Shown here piece after piece: positions 38,616 to 47,511 of a DNA stretch of 53,656 nt. Position 1 is the stretch's first letter. Every line of letters starts with the position of its first letter. The stretch covers positions 1 to 53,656 of the forward strand of contig JBKHVI010000013.1 in the NCBI GenBank assembly GCA_046570105.1. The letters are read 5' to 3'. The translations under genes and the position numbers were made by a program. The notes under the pieces are model-generated. The model was not told where the DNA came from and made no database searches. It saw only the letters and a program-made list of their open reading frames with translations. The DNA is from Bacteriovoracia bacterium (GTDB taxonomy: Bacteria; Bdellovibrionota; Bacteriovoracia; Bacteriovoracales; Bacteriovoracaceae).

Positions 38616-38885
38616 ATGAGATGGTTTGTCCTTTTGTTTCTCATCGCCTGTACTCAGCCTGCTCCTCAGAATGAAACGGATATTCCGTTTTGCTATGAAG
38701 ACAAAGATTGCACTATCTATCGCTCGCGCTGCGGGAAGATCAAAGCTTTAAACGCTAAGTTTCTTGATTATGTCGACAAAGAATTTAAAACTCGCGAAGG
38801 GAAAATGAATTGCGGCAATTATCCTGATAATCGCCGCTATGGAGTACGTTGCGAATACAACGCCTGTATTCTCGTGGGCCAATAA
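38616..38885 (+). CDS. Small Cys-rich lipoprotein
   Basis: Lipobox LIAC; CxxDxDC...C pattern. Confidence 0.7.
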   Translation: MRWFVLLFLIACTQPAPQNETDIPFCYEDKDCTIYRSRCGKIKALNAKFLDYVDKEFKTREGKMNCGNYPDNRRYGVRCEYNACILVGQ

Positions 38886-39749
38886 TTAGATCGTTGGCTC
38901 CAGTCTTCGGTTAAAGAGTGGTGAAATCTTTTGGAAATCCAGTACTGTAAAGATATCCACGCAATCCATCTCCGAATCATAGGCGAGTGAATCACTGATC
39001 TTTGCTCCAGCGGCCAGATACATCTCCAAAAGTGAGTTGCCTTTTTTCTTCTCAATCACTTCAGGAGCAGTAAAACATATATCTTTAATGTCTTGGTACT
39101 GACCGACACAGAAGTCTTCTGTTGGCACAACTTTCACTTGGTCTAAGAGCGAGCCTCTCTCCTTAGCGCCAAATGAGAGAGAACTCCAATCAGTCATATC
39201 TTTACGTGCCAGGCTTGAGCAACCAAACATATAGCGCGTTTCAGTGCGAGCAGCGTATTCACAGAGACCGCGCCACAAGAGACGAAGCACAATACCATTG
39301 CGGAATTTTTCATGAACACAAGCGCGTCCTAATTCTAGCTTATGGCCTTCCAAAGTCAGGAAATCATCTAATACGAATTCACCCTCGGTGTAATACTTTG
39401 ATGGGATTTCTTTGGTTGATGAGCGCAGGCGATAACAGGCAATAATTTTCTGTGTTTCTTTGTGTTTGATAATTAAATGATCACACCAAAAATCATGATG
39501 ATCGAGATCAAGTGTAGGAATGAGTGCGAGCGGTTTGATGGTTGAGAACTCTTGGAAGAAAACATGGTAACGAAGACGCAAGACTTCTAAGAGTTCACTT
39601 TTTTTCTCGGCAATTTTAATTTCGTAGGGGCCAGATTCATAACTGAATGAGGTCTGCGGTTTTAGGGTGTCAGAAGCAAATAGAAGGCGGAAATAATAGA
39701 AGAGTCGGGCCTTTACAAATTGAAGAGAAAAAATCAATCGCTTGAACAT
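38886..39749 (-). CDS. GNAT N-acyltransferase (OlsB / Acetyltransf_5-like)
   Basis: LRLRYHVF, D..D..CDHLI, YRL, LELGRACV, YMFGCSS. Confidence 0.85.
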   Translation of the reverse strand: MFKRLIFSLQFVKARLFYYFRLLFASDTLKPQTSFSYESGPYEIKIAEKKSELLEVLRLRYHVFFQEFSTIKPLALIPTLDLDHHDFWCDHLIIKHKETQKIIACYRLRSSTKEIPSKYYTEGEFVLDDFLTLEGHKLELGRACVHEKFRNGIVLRLLWRGLCEYAARTETRYMFGCSSLARKDMTDWSSLSFGAKERGSLLDQVKVVPTEDFCVGQYQDIKDICFTAPEVIEKKKGNSLLEMYLAAGAKISDSLAYDSEMDCVDIFTVLDFQKISPLFNRRLEPTI

Positions 39750-39897
39750 CCATGATCTCCTGAAAGAGTTGTCTTTAGGATTTCATAGGAGTGCTTACTT
39801 GAAAGGGGACAGAGCTGTTCTTTGCACAATCTTTGCAGTCGTTTCAAAGAAATGACATAACAAAACGCTCAATTGCCAAGGATGTGTTAGGGATATG

Positions 39898-41307
39898 TTA
39901 GTTAGTTGCCACGGTCACAGGCACGAGTTTTAACTCACCATCTTTATGGTCGCCTTGAGGATCAAGCCAGCGAGTCGCTTCAGAATAAGCGTAGAAGTTT
40001 GTGACTTGGCTGACAAAGACAATGGCATAGCCTACGAGCTTTAATTTTGGATTGCGATGCTTGACTGCCAATTGTGTGAACTTATGCAGGACATGCAAAT
40101 CAAACATAAATTGTGCGGAATCAATTCCCACACTCCAGGCCGTATCCATCGCGAGGCGTTCGTTGGTTTGATGGCCTGAGAGTGCTGTTCCCATGCCATA
40201 AGAGCTGCCAGCTCCCACCATCCCGAGCACGGCAAAGCGAGCAAATTTGCCTTGGATAGACCCATTGGTGGCGGCCATCAGAGTAGAGGCGGTGAGGGAG
40301 ACGGCGATATTTTCTTGAACGGCGGGATGCTCTAGAAGATTGCTCGCCATTTGGCGTGGATCATCGTGAGCCACTTCATCAAAGCTCACGAATGTTTCAA
40401 CGCCGATTTGGATACTCGTTGAAAAGGCCAGATATTGCCATTCAGCACGTATGTTTTTGAGCCCTTTAAAAATGGCGGACTTGGATTTTTGCAGAATAGA
40501 TTTCTGAGAGACAGATTTAATCGTCGAGTGAATTGTGGCTTGATATGATTTCACGCTAAGGCGGGTGGCAATAATTCCAGCACCTGTTCCAAGTTTTCTG
40601 ACTTGCGGAGTGAGTTTTTTCGATATTGCCTTAATCGCTTTGCCGGCCCATTTTAAAAGCACTGTACCACTTAACCAAAGTGCGGCATCAACTCCCCACA
40701 TGGCGGCCTGCTCACCACCTAATGCTTTCATCAAACGGTCATAGGCCATTTGATTGCCATCAATCATGAGTTGCAAACCGTAGCGATATTCATCACGACT
40801 CATAAAGCCTTTGTTGGCCTCTAAGGTCATGTAGAGTTCTTCCAGATCCATCCAATCGAGATAAAAAGTTTTTTGGGCTTCAAGAATGTGGTCAGCGCCA
40901 AAAAAGAAGAAGGAGAGAACATTGTCGCGGATACCAGCGAAATAGTCTTTTCCTGAGTATTTGGCGTGTTCGGCCAAGACATGACGAGCTCTCGTCCAAG
41001 AACTCTCTCTATAAACCTTGCGCTCATAGCGGCTCATGCCATTATCGCCAAAAATAAAAAACGTATCGATCTTGGTGTCGCCGTCCAAGTCACGGCCATA
41101 TCCTAAAACGACTCCGGCCATATTTTTAGTTTCAAAGCGCATCTCGCGCTGACCGCGATTATTAATATAATCGTAAGCGTTCACTTTAAATGTTTTGCCG
41201 CTGACTAGTTGAACATCAATTGCCATGCGCTCTTCAGCAGCAAAAGCAGTTGGAAGCGACAGGGCCGCAATAATTAGACCAATAGCTAGAATGATCGTAC
41301 GTAACAT
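39898..41307 (-). CDS. Secreted hypothetical protein with hydrophobic C-terminal helices
   Basis: Signal peptide; DLDGDTKID Ca-loop-like motif. Confidence 0.75.
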   Translation of the reverse strand: MLRTIILAIGLIIAALSLPTAFAAEERMAIDVQLVSGKTFKVNAYDYINNRGQREMRFETKNMAGVVLGYGRDLDGDTKIDTFFIFGDNGMSRYERKVYRESSWTRARHVLAEHAKYSGKDYFAGIRDNVLSFFFFGADHILEAQKTFYLDWMDLEELYMTLEANKGFMSRDEYRYGLQLMIDGNQMAYDRLMKALGGEQAAMWGVDAALWLSGTVLLKWAGKAIKAISKKLTPQVRKLGTGAGIIATRLSVKSYQATIHSTIKSVSQKSILQKSKSAIFKGLKNIRAEWQYLAFSTSIQIGVETFVSFDEVAHDDPRQMASNLLEHPAVQENIAVSLTASTLMAATNGSIQGKFARFAVLGMVGAGSSYGMGTALSGHQTNERLAMDTAWSVGIDSAQFMFDLHVLHKFTQLAVKHRNPKLKLVGYAIVFVSQVTNFYAYSEATRWLDPQGDHKDGELKLVPVTVATN

Positions 41308-41355
41308 ACGCCCCGCAATCGAAATGAGTTGTGCGGCGGCATAATAGTGAGTTTT

Positions 41356-41387
41356 GTAAAAAAAGGGGAATTAAGGTTATTCCCCTT
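41356..41387 (-). terminator. Intrinsic terminator after dsbD
   Basis: aaggggaat/attcccctt hairpin, T-run on the minus strand. Confidence 0.7.
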
Positions 41388-41403
41388 CCTATTTTACAGG
41401 GTT

Positions 41404-43566
41404 CTAGTCGTTGGTGTGCTCTTTGAGCTTCCCGAGGCTGATGGTCTCACCTAATGGAACGATGGTTCCGTCTGGTTTTTGAATAAAGTAGGCCGGGACT
41501 CCCACGATATTATAGGACTTTAGGAAGTTGGTGATGACATCGTCTCGCTGAGTCCAGTCTCCGCGCATGAGCACGATTCCTTTCTCAGCAGTATAGGCCT
41601 TGAATTCATCTGTATCCAGGACGAGCTTTTTATTCACTTTGCAGGTGAGGCACCAGGCCGCGGTGAAATCGATAAAAACCGTTTTACCTAAGTGAGATTG
41701 AAGAACTTCTGGAGAAAAGGGCTGCCAGAGAGTTTCTGAGAGCGCTTGATTCATACGATCAGCTGGCTTAGCTGGAAAAGTTTTAAAGGCACCAATAATT
41801 AAAGCAAAAGGGAGTAAGAAGAATAAGGCATTAAGGCCCGGATTCTTGGAAATCTTGGCGCGGAAAAAGAACGCAAAGAAAATGGTGATAAAGAAAATCG
41901 CCAAAGGCCAAAGCCAAATGGCCGGATCAACCAGATTGAGAAAGACGTCAGACAGCCATGCAACCGTGACGAGCATGGTGAGACCCAGGAAATACTTTAA
42001 CTTTTCCATCCAAGCACCTGGACGTGGAAGGAAGCTAATCAAACCAGGGAAAACGCCTGTTAACAAGAATGGAAAGGCGAGACCAAGTCCCACAAATGTA
42101 AAAATCAAAAAGATAAGAACGGTACTACCTGTGAAAGCGAAGGCGAGGGCCGTACCTAAAAACGGAGCCGAGCAGGGAGTAGAGAGAATGGTTGAAAGAA
42201 CTCCAGAGAAAAAATCTCCAGAGAATCCGTCTTTTGTTTGAGCGCTCCCTAAAGTCTTGCCACCGGGAGTGACAAATTCAAAAAGTCCAAACAAGTTCAA
42301 CGACATGATGAAAAGGATCGCCACCATAATCAAAACAAAGAGCGGAGATTGGAGCTGAAAGCCCCATCCAACGGCTTCACCCGATGACTTAACCAATACG
42401 ATCACCAAGGCCAGCGCTAAAAAAGTAGCAATCACACCAATGCTGTAGACGACGTTATGGAGGAGTACTCGTTTGCGCGGCAGAGTTTGATATTTGATCA
42501 AACCAAAAAGCTTAATAGAGATCACTGGCAGCACACAGGGCATGAGATTCAAAATCAGGCCGCCTAAGAAGGCCAGTAGAAGAATCCAAGGTAGTGAATG
42601 GGCTTCAGCACTCGGAAGTGGTGAAGCAGGGGTGATGCCTGAATTCGCGACTCCAGAAAGTGGTGAGAAGGCCTGAAAGCGGTCTTCTAAATTGATGGAG
42701 GTAGGTGAAAAACTTTCGAGAGTTTTTTCTAATACCAAGGTTTGACCATCAGGAGATTGATATAGAAATTTGACCTTCACCGGGGGATTAAATCGTCCAT
42801 CTTTGGAGAGAGGTTGTGGGGGCTCTTGGTATTCTCCATCCCACTCCAGTGAGAACTTACCCACCAGAGCATTTTCTACTTTATCAAAACGTACTTCTTC
42901 GCGTTTAAAACCAATCGGTGGAGCAAGAAAAGGCATGAGAAGATTGCGACTGCTATCAAGCTTGTCTAGATTAAATCCCTTTATCGAATAGTCTAAGCGA
43001 AGAGTTCTTTCGCCATCACGAGAGACATAAAACTCGAGATCACTGGGCCAGTCGGCTTTGACTGGAAGGGCCGCCAGTCGACGCTGTAATTCCTCGTCGC
43101 CATGGCCCGAGCGTGAAGTCTTGACGGTGATGTTGCCGGCATCTTCAATCAGCATTTCAGCTGTTCGTCCGCCAGGAATACAGATGTCTTTACAAATCAG
43201 CCATTGCGCGCGAACGCTAAGTTCTCCACGTACATGACTTGGAAGTTTGAAAAAGAATGTGGGATCACCTTCATAGCCGTAAGTAAGAATATCTCCCGCT
43301 TCAATGTAGCGGTGAGGGGTTGGCCACTCAAGAGCTTCTAGCTCAATTTCATTGCCATTATTTTCAAATTTAAAATTGGTAGCAATGCCGGCATCACCTG
43401 GGTTCTTCCAGTAGGTGTGCCACTTTTCTTCGTGTTTGATGGTCAGAGCGACATAACGCTCCGGCGTGATCAAGATATCGGCCAGCAGCTCTGCGTGATC
43501 CTCGGCCTTGGGGACGGCAAAAGATAGTGGGGCGACAAATAACAACAACAAGGCCAAAATCTTCAT
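41404..43566 (-). CDS. dsbD: Thiol:disulfide interchange protein DsbD family
   Basis: WHTYWKNPGDAG, ICKDICIP, LMPCVLP, TPCSAPF, AWCLTCK. Confidence 0.92.
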   Translation of the reverse strand: MKILALLLLFVAPLSFAVPKAEDHAELLADILITPERYVALTIKHEEKWHTYWKNPGDAGIATNFKFENNGNEIELEALEWPTPHRYIEAGDILTYGYEGDPTFFFKLPSHVRGELSVRAQWLICKDICIPGGRTAEMLIEDAGNITVKTSRSGHGDEELQRRLAALPVKADWPSDLEFYVSRDGERTLRLDYSIKGFNLDKLDSSRNLLMPFLAPPIGFKREEVRFDKVENALVGKFSLEWDGEYQEPPQPLSKDGRFNPPVKVKFLYQSPDGQTLVLEKTLESFSPTSINLEDRFQAFSPLSGVANSGITPASPLPSAEAHSLPWILLLAFLGGLILNLMPCVLPVISIKLFGLIKYQTLPRKRVLLHNVVYSIGVIATFLALALVIVLVKSSGEAVGWGFQLQSPLFVLIMVAILFIMSLNLFGLFEFVTPGGKTLGSAQTKDGFSGDFFSGVLSTILSTPCSAPFLGTALAFAFTGSTVLIFLIFTFVGLGLAFPFLLTGVFPGLISFLPRPGAWMEKLKYFLGLTMLVTVAWLSDVFLNLVDPAIWLWPLAIFFITIFFAFFFRAKISKNPGLNALFFLLPFALIIGAFKTFPAKPADRMNQALSETLWQPFSPEVLQSHLGKTVFIDFTAAWCLTCKVNKKLVLDTDEFKAYTAEKGIVLMRGDWTQRDDVITNFLKSYNIVGVPAYFIQKPDGTIVPLGETISLGKLKEHTND

Positions 43567-43592
43567 ATGAATTCCCTCTTAGGCGTTAACGC

Positions 43593-44390
43593 ATGACAGG
43601 CCAGAAACGTGACATTCCAAGCAAAATTATATGCCTGACTGAGGAGTCAGTCGAGACATTGGCGCTCTTAGGAAGACTAGATTTAGTCGCAGGCGTCTCC
43701 ATTTTTGTTAAACGGCCAGCCGAGGCGCAAAACCTCCCTAAAGTGTCGGCCTTCACCAACTCTAAAATAGATACCATTGTTGAAATGAAGCCCGATCTTG
43801 TACTGGGTTTCTCTGATATCCAAAAAGATATTGCACGCGATTTGATTGGAGCGGGATTAAATGTTTGGATATCGAATCATCGCAGCATTCAAGAAACACT
43901 TGATTATGTCCTGATGCTTGGTCGCTTAGTTGGAGAAGAGCAAAAGGCCCAAGAGCTGGTGACAACTTGGGAAAATGAAATACAACGCCTCAAAAAAATC
44001 ATTCATCAAAAGCGCCCGAAAATTTATTTTGAAGAATGGGATGAACCCCAGATCAGCGCTATCCGATGGGTGAGCGAGTTAATAGAAATTTGCGGTGGAG
44101 AGGATATTTTTAAAGAGCGCTCCATTGAGAAGATGGCGACGGGAAGGTTTACCACTCAAGAAGAAGTGATTGAGCGTGCTCCTGATATTATTTTCGGTTG
44201 TTGGTGTGGAAAAAAAGTCCGGATTGATAAAATAACTGAGAGAGCGGGGTGGAGTGATATTCCGGCAGTCAAAAACCAACAGGTGTTTGAACTTGAACCT
44301 GAGATTTTTTTGCAACCGGGCCCGGCCTTGTTTGTCGATGGACTCCGTATAATGGCGAAATATTTAGAAAATTGGCAGGCAAAGTCTTGA
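43593..44390 (+). CDS. BtuF-like helical-backbone metal/cobalamin-binding protein
   Basis: IICLTEE, PDLVLGFSDIQ, YFEEWDEP, LQPGPA. Confidence 0.85.
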   Translation: MTGQKRDIPSKIICLTEESVETLALLGRLDLVAGVSIFVKRPAEAQNLPKVSAFTNSKIDTIVEMKPDLVLGFSDIQKDIARDLIGAGLNVWISNHRSIQETLDYVLMLGRLVGEEQKAQELVTTWENEIQRLKKIIHQKRPKIYFEEWDEPQISAIRWVSELIEICGGEDIFKERSIEKMATGRFTTQEEVIERAPDIIFGCWCGKKVRIDKITERAGWSDIPAVKNQQVFELEPEIFLQPGPALFVDGLRIMAKYLENWQAKS

Positions 44391-44411
44391 CGTTTTTGGG
44401 ATCGATCCCAT
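44386..44411 (+). promoter_or_regulatory. Putative sigma32/RpoH-type promoter
   Basis: CTTGAcg-N13-tCCCAT upstream of the Hsp20-like gene; overlaps the palindrome gggatcgatccc. Confidence 0.45.
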
Positions 44412-44420
44412 GGTGAAAAT

Positions 44421-44975
44421 ATGAAAAACCTAATCTTTGTTTTCTTCCTCTGCATTACCCAAGTTGCTCTGGCGCAAAACTCGCAGGAAGAGAATTTGCG
44501 GCGCTACAATCAGCTTCATCAAAAGCTGCGTGAGCAGATGCTCAAAGGCTTCGACGATAGTTCAATTGAAGAAATGAATCGGATGGTAGATGAAATGATG
44601 GATCGGGCGATGCGCGATTTTCCCTCTATGGGACTTTCTCGTTTTTCGAGCGGGTTGAATTTGTCTTGGAATGAACGCAAAGATGGACGTGAGCTCATCA
44701 TCATCCCAAAATCGAAAGAAGATAAGCTCGATGTTCAGGTACAAAATCAACTCATTACGATTAAGACGACTAAAACGGAAGGGAACTCCCACAGTGAATC
44801 AAGTCACGCACAAAACGTTCCCGTTGATTGCGACGCTGATGGAGTCAAAATGGAAGCTCGCAAGGGAGGATTGGTGATGTTTTTTCCTTGGAAAAAAGGG
44901 CAAGCACCCAGAAGTACAAATCCTGAACCTGAGCGTAAACCCTTGAAGCCACAGAAGAAAGATATCGACGTCTGA
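44421..44975 (+). CDS. Secreted Hsp20/alpha-crystallin-like protein
   Basis: Signal peptide; Met-rich helix; KLDVQVQNQLITI...VPVDCDADGVKME..GGLVMFFP pattern. Confidence 0.6.
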   Translation: MKNLIFVFFLCITQVALAQNSQEENLRRYNQLHQKLREQMLKGFDDSSIEEMNRMVDEMMDRAMRDFPSMGLSRFSSGLNLSWNERKDGRELIIIPKSKEDKLDVQVQNQLITIKTTKTEGNSHSESSHAQNVPVDCDADGVKMEARKGGLVMFFPWKKGQAPRSTNPEPERKPLKPQKKDIDV

Positions 44976-44989
44976 GCGCAAAATTCAGT

Positions 44990-45017
44990 TAAAGTCTCCG
45001 GCAATTCCTGCCGATAA
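44990..45017 (+). promoter_or_regulatory. sigma28/FliA promoter
   Basis: TAAA-N16-GCCGATAA with a consensus -10 box. Confidence 0.75.
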
Positions 45018-45047
45018 AGTGGGCAACCCAAACCAGGGAGGCCTTGT

Positions 45048-45191
45048 ATGAAATGGGTATCGATGCTGCTTTTGACTTTTGTTTTCGCTTCATGCGCACA
45101 CCAAGATCGTTCGGTTTCTTCATTCGATGAGAAAGAAGAACAGAAGATTGAACGTCGCACGTTTGTCGAACCACACGGCGCCCGTTACTAA
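45048..45191 (+). CDS. 47-aa lipoprotein (absent from the ORF track)
   Basis: MKWVSMLLLTFVFASCAHQDRSVSS...; RBS ggagg; FliA promoter. Confidence 0.75.
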   Translation: MKWVSMLLLTFVFASCAHQDRSVSSFDEKEEQKIERRTFVEPHGARY

Positions 45192-46139
45192 TTATTTCTT
45201 TTCCCACTCTGGGATTTGGGTAATTTCGTCACGGATGCGAACAAATGAGTCTAGCCGACTAAAGATCACGCCACTGGCGTGATCTTCTTTTTTGAGAGTC
45301 TGAAACCAACACCCCTTACTATTTTCACCATGCTGACAGTTGCTGAATTTACACTTCGTCGCTCCCTCAGCAAGATCAGGAAAATAGCTCATTAAATCGT
45401 CTTCCGATAAATCCATCAATGACATTGAACGTACGCCGGGCGAATCGACGAGCATAAAATCGCCACACTCAACCAGTTCGGCCCAAGTCGTGGTGTGCAT
45501 ACCTTTGCCGACTTTACCAATATCACCACTAATCAGTTCGGCCTCTCCGCCGGAGAGTTCAGTGATAAGACGACTTTTGCCTACGCCTGATTGACCTAAG
45601 AGAATTGCCGTATTGTTTTTGAGAATACTTTTGAGATCATCAAAACCCAATGAGAGCACTTTGGGTTTATAGTCTGCATCTTCGGCACTGACTTCAAAGC
45701 ACTTCACACCTAAAGTCTTAAGACGTTCGGCTTCAAAGGCGAGATCAAAATCACCTTCAAAAAGATCCATCTTGTTAAAAACTAGCAGCGCGGGAAGGCC
45801 CCACTGAACGGCGCGCACTAAGTAGCGATCAACCAAACCTCGTTTATAGGTCGGCTGGCCGGCACTTACTACGATCAAGACTGCATCGACGTTAGCAGCG
45901 ATAATTTTTTTTATATTTTCTCGCGGGATATTTCTAAAAATGATGCTGCTTCGCTCTTCAACAGCTGTTATCGTCCATTGTGATTCACCATCTGGTTCAA
46001 GCGTCACGCGATCGCCTACCACCAGATGATCAGACTTCAAAAGTTTTGCGAGAGAAGTCGCCGAAACGATGTCGCCATCCGTCGTGAGACAGTCAAAAAT
46101 GCGTTTGTTGGAGCTAAAAATGCGTGCTTTTACGGACAT
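45192..46139 (-). CDS. rsgA: Ribosome small subunit-dependent GTPase A
   Basis: VVGD, IAANVD, NKMD, GQSGVGKS, KGMHTTT, DSPG, CKFSNCQH...C. Confidence 0.95.
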   Translation of the reverse strand: MSVKARIFSSNKRIFDCLTTDGDIVSATSLAKLLKSDHLVVGDRVTLEPDGESQWTITAVEERSSIIFRNIPRENIKKIIAANVDAVLIVVSAGQPTYKRGLVDRYLVRAVQWGLPALLVFNKMDLFEGDFDLAFEAERLKTLGVKCFEVSAEDADYKPKVLSLGFDDLKSILKNNTAILLGQSGVGKSRLITELSGGEAELISGDIGKVGKGMHTTTWAELVECGDFMLVDSPGVRSMSLMDLSEDDLMSYFPDLAEGATKCKFSNCQHGENSKGCWFQTLKKEDHASGVIFSRLDSFVRIRDEITQIPEWEKK

Positions 46140-46219
46140 AGAAATCTCTTGTAGCACGACTCATAGGAGTTTGACATTGACGAGAAGAGGGGAGCAACTT
46201 ATTGTAATTCCAAGGCGAT

Positions 46220-46296
<77 letters not shown>

Positions 46297-46520
46297 CTTC
46301 TTTTAAAAATATTTTTCTTAAATTCAAAAAATCGATCTAACTCTTTTTAATCATTTAACTCGAAGTTTTCATTTGGGATTTCAGAAAATCCGCCTTACAT
46401 CACTCGACATGACCGGAAATTTCAACTTTTGGCTTTATCGTGGCTTCGATTTGGCTTAGGTAAAAATCTTCAGACTGTCACTTCACCTAATCCATCTTCA
46501 AAGGGCCTTCAACCATTAAG

Positions 46521-46579
46521 GATCATTGAGCTACTCTATCCAGTCGGAGGTTCGATCTCCATTGGAAGTAGCTGTGATC
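46521..46579 (+). other. Long RNA-like hairpin in the leader of the XRE gene
   Basis: gatca/tgatc, agctact/agtagct, tccagt/attgga and ggagg/tctcc stems; TTCGA loop. Confidence 0.6.
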
Positions 46580-46593
46580 AGAAAGGATATGTT

Positions 46594-46932
46594 ATGGCAC
46601 CAAGATCAAGTTTTCGTATTGTGACAGATGACGTTCGCGCCATCAGGGTTTTAAGGGAAAAGAAAAGGCTCTCAGTGAACAGAGCTGCACCTCTGATTGG
46701 AACGAATAAGTCCACCCTTACGGCATTAGAGAATGGACGAATCAACCTCTCTCAGGTGTGGATTGAGAAAATTATCAAGGGTTATCGGATAAGCTGGGAG
46801 GAGTTTGAGCAATTGAAGCAGCAAAGACTATCTTCAAAGGAAACTGTTCTTGAAGAAATCCGGAATGAAGCTGCCAAGCTCAGTTATGAGAAGCTTCAGA
46901 CGATCCGACAGCTTCTTATTGGTTTTCAATAG
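46594..46932 (+). CDS. XRE-family HTH regulator
   Basis: LREKKRLSVNRAAPLIGTNKSTLTALENGR; RBS aaagga. Confidence 0.85.
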   Translation: MAPRSSFRIVTDDVRAIRVLREKKRLSVNRAAPLIGTNKSTLTALENGRINLSQVWIEKIIKGYRISWEEFEQLKQQRLSSKETVLEEIRNEAAKLSYEKLQTIRQLLIGFQ

Positions 46933-46973
46933 TTAGCCTCAGATTGGCCGTACAAACTTTTTACAGTTCGTCA

Positions 46974-47000
46974 TCCCCTGTGAAGAAATTTCATGGGGGA
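46974..47000 (+). terminator. Hairpin after the XRE gene
   Basis: tcccctgtgaa/ttcatggggga. Confidence 0.5.
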
Positions 47001-47090
47001 CTATTTAAAAATTCTAAGAGCCGTAAACTAAGGCGAAAGAATTATTAACAACATGATGGTTTTAACCATTAGAATTCAAACAGGAGATTT

Positions 47091-47432
47091 ATGAAAAAAC
47101 TATTAATTGGTTTATTGGTGCTTGGATCATTTTCAACTTTTGCCCAAACCTGTGATGAAAGTATTGACCTTCTTGTTAGTGTTTCAAACTCACAAGGCGG
47201 CTCTGAAGCACTCTTAGTCATAAACAACGCGAATGCTGAAAAATTTCAAGTCTTTAAACGTACACTCGAAACATACCCACAAGCACAAGAAATTGGTGGG
47301 TATTCTAGAGAATCTCTAGAAGTTGCAATTCAAGAGAACAACGAATCAATTGCTCGTTTGAAAAGTAATATTAAGAAAACTAAAGAGCTGGTTGTAACAT
47401 TGAAGCAAGGGATTAAAGATACATGTAATTAA
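47091..47432 (+). CDS. Secreted helical cargo protein
   Basis: Signal peptide MKKLLIGLLVLGSFSTFA, terminal Cys pair, RBS aggag. Confidence 0.8.
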   Translation: MKKLLIGLLVLGSFSTFAQTCDESIDLLVSVSNSQGGSEALLVINNANAEKFQVFKRTLETYPQAQEIGGYSRESLEVAIQENNESIARLKSNIKKTKELVVTLKQGIKDTCN

Positions 47433-47488
47433 TGTCTAGGTTGAAACGCTAACCACGAAAACAAATGTAAAAGAAATCAACTTAAATT

Positions 47489-47511
47489 AGGCTGGCCACA
47501 AAGGTCAGCCT
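47489..47511. terminator. Bidirectional terminator candidate
   Basis: aggctggcc-acaaa-ggtcagcct between convergent genes. Confidence 0.6.

Noticed and set aside
46546..46560. Second tRNA or att duplicate suggested by GGAGGTTCGATCTCC
   Set aside because: No cloverleaf, and it does not match the tRNA-Arg 3' end; no att direct repeat was found inside the window.
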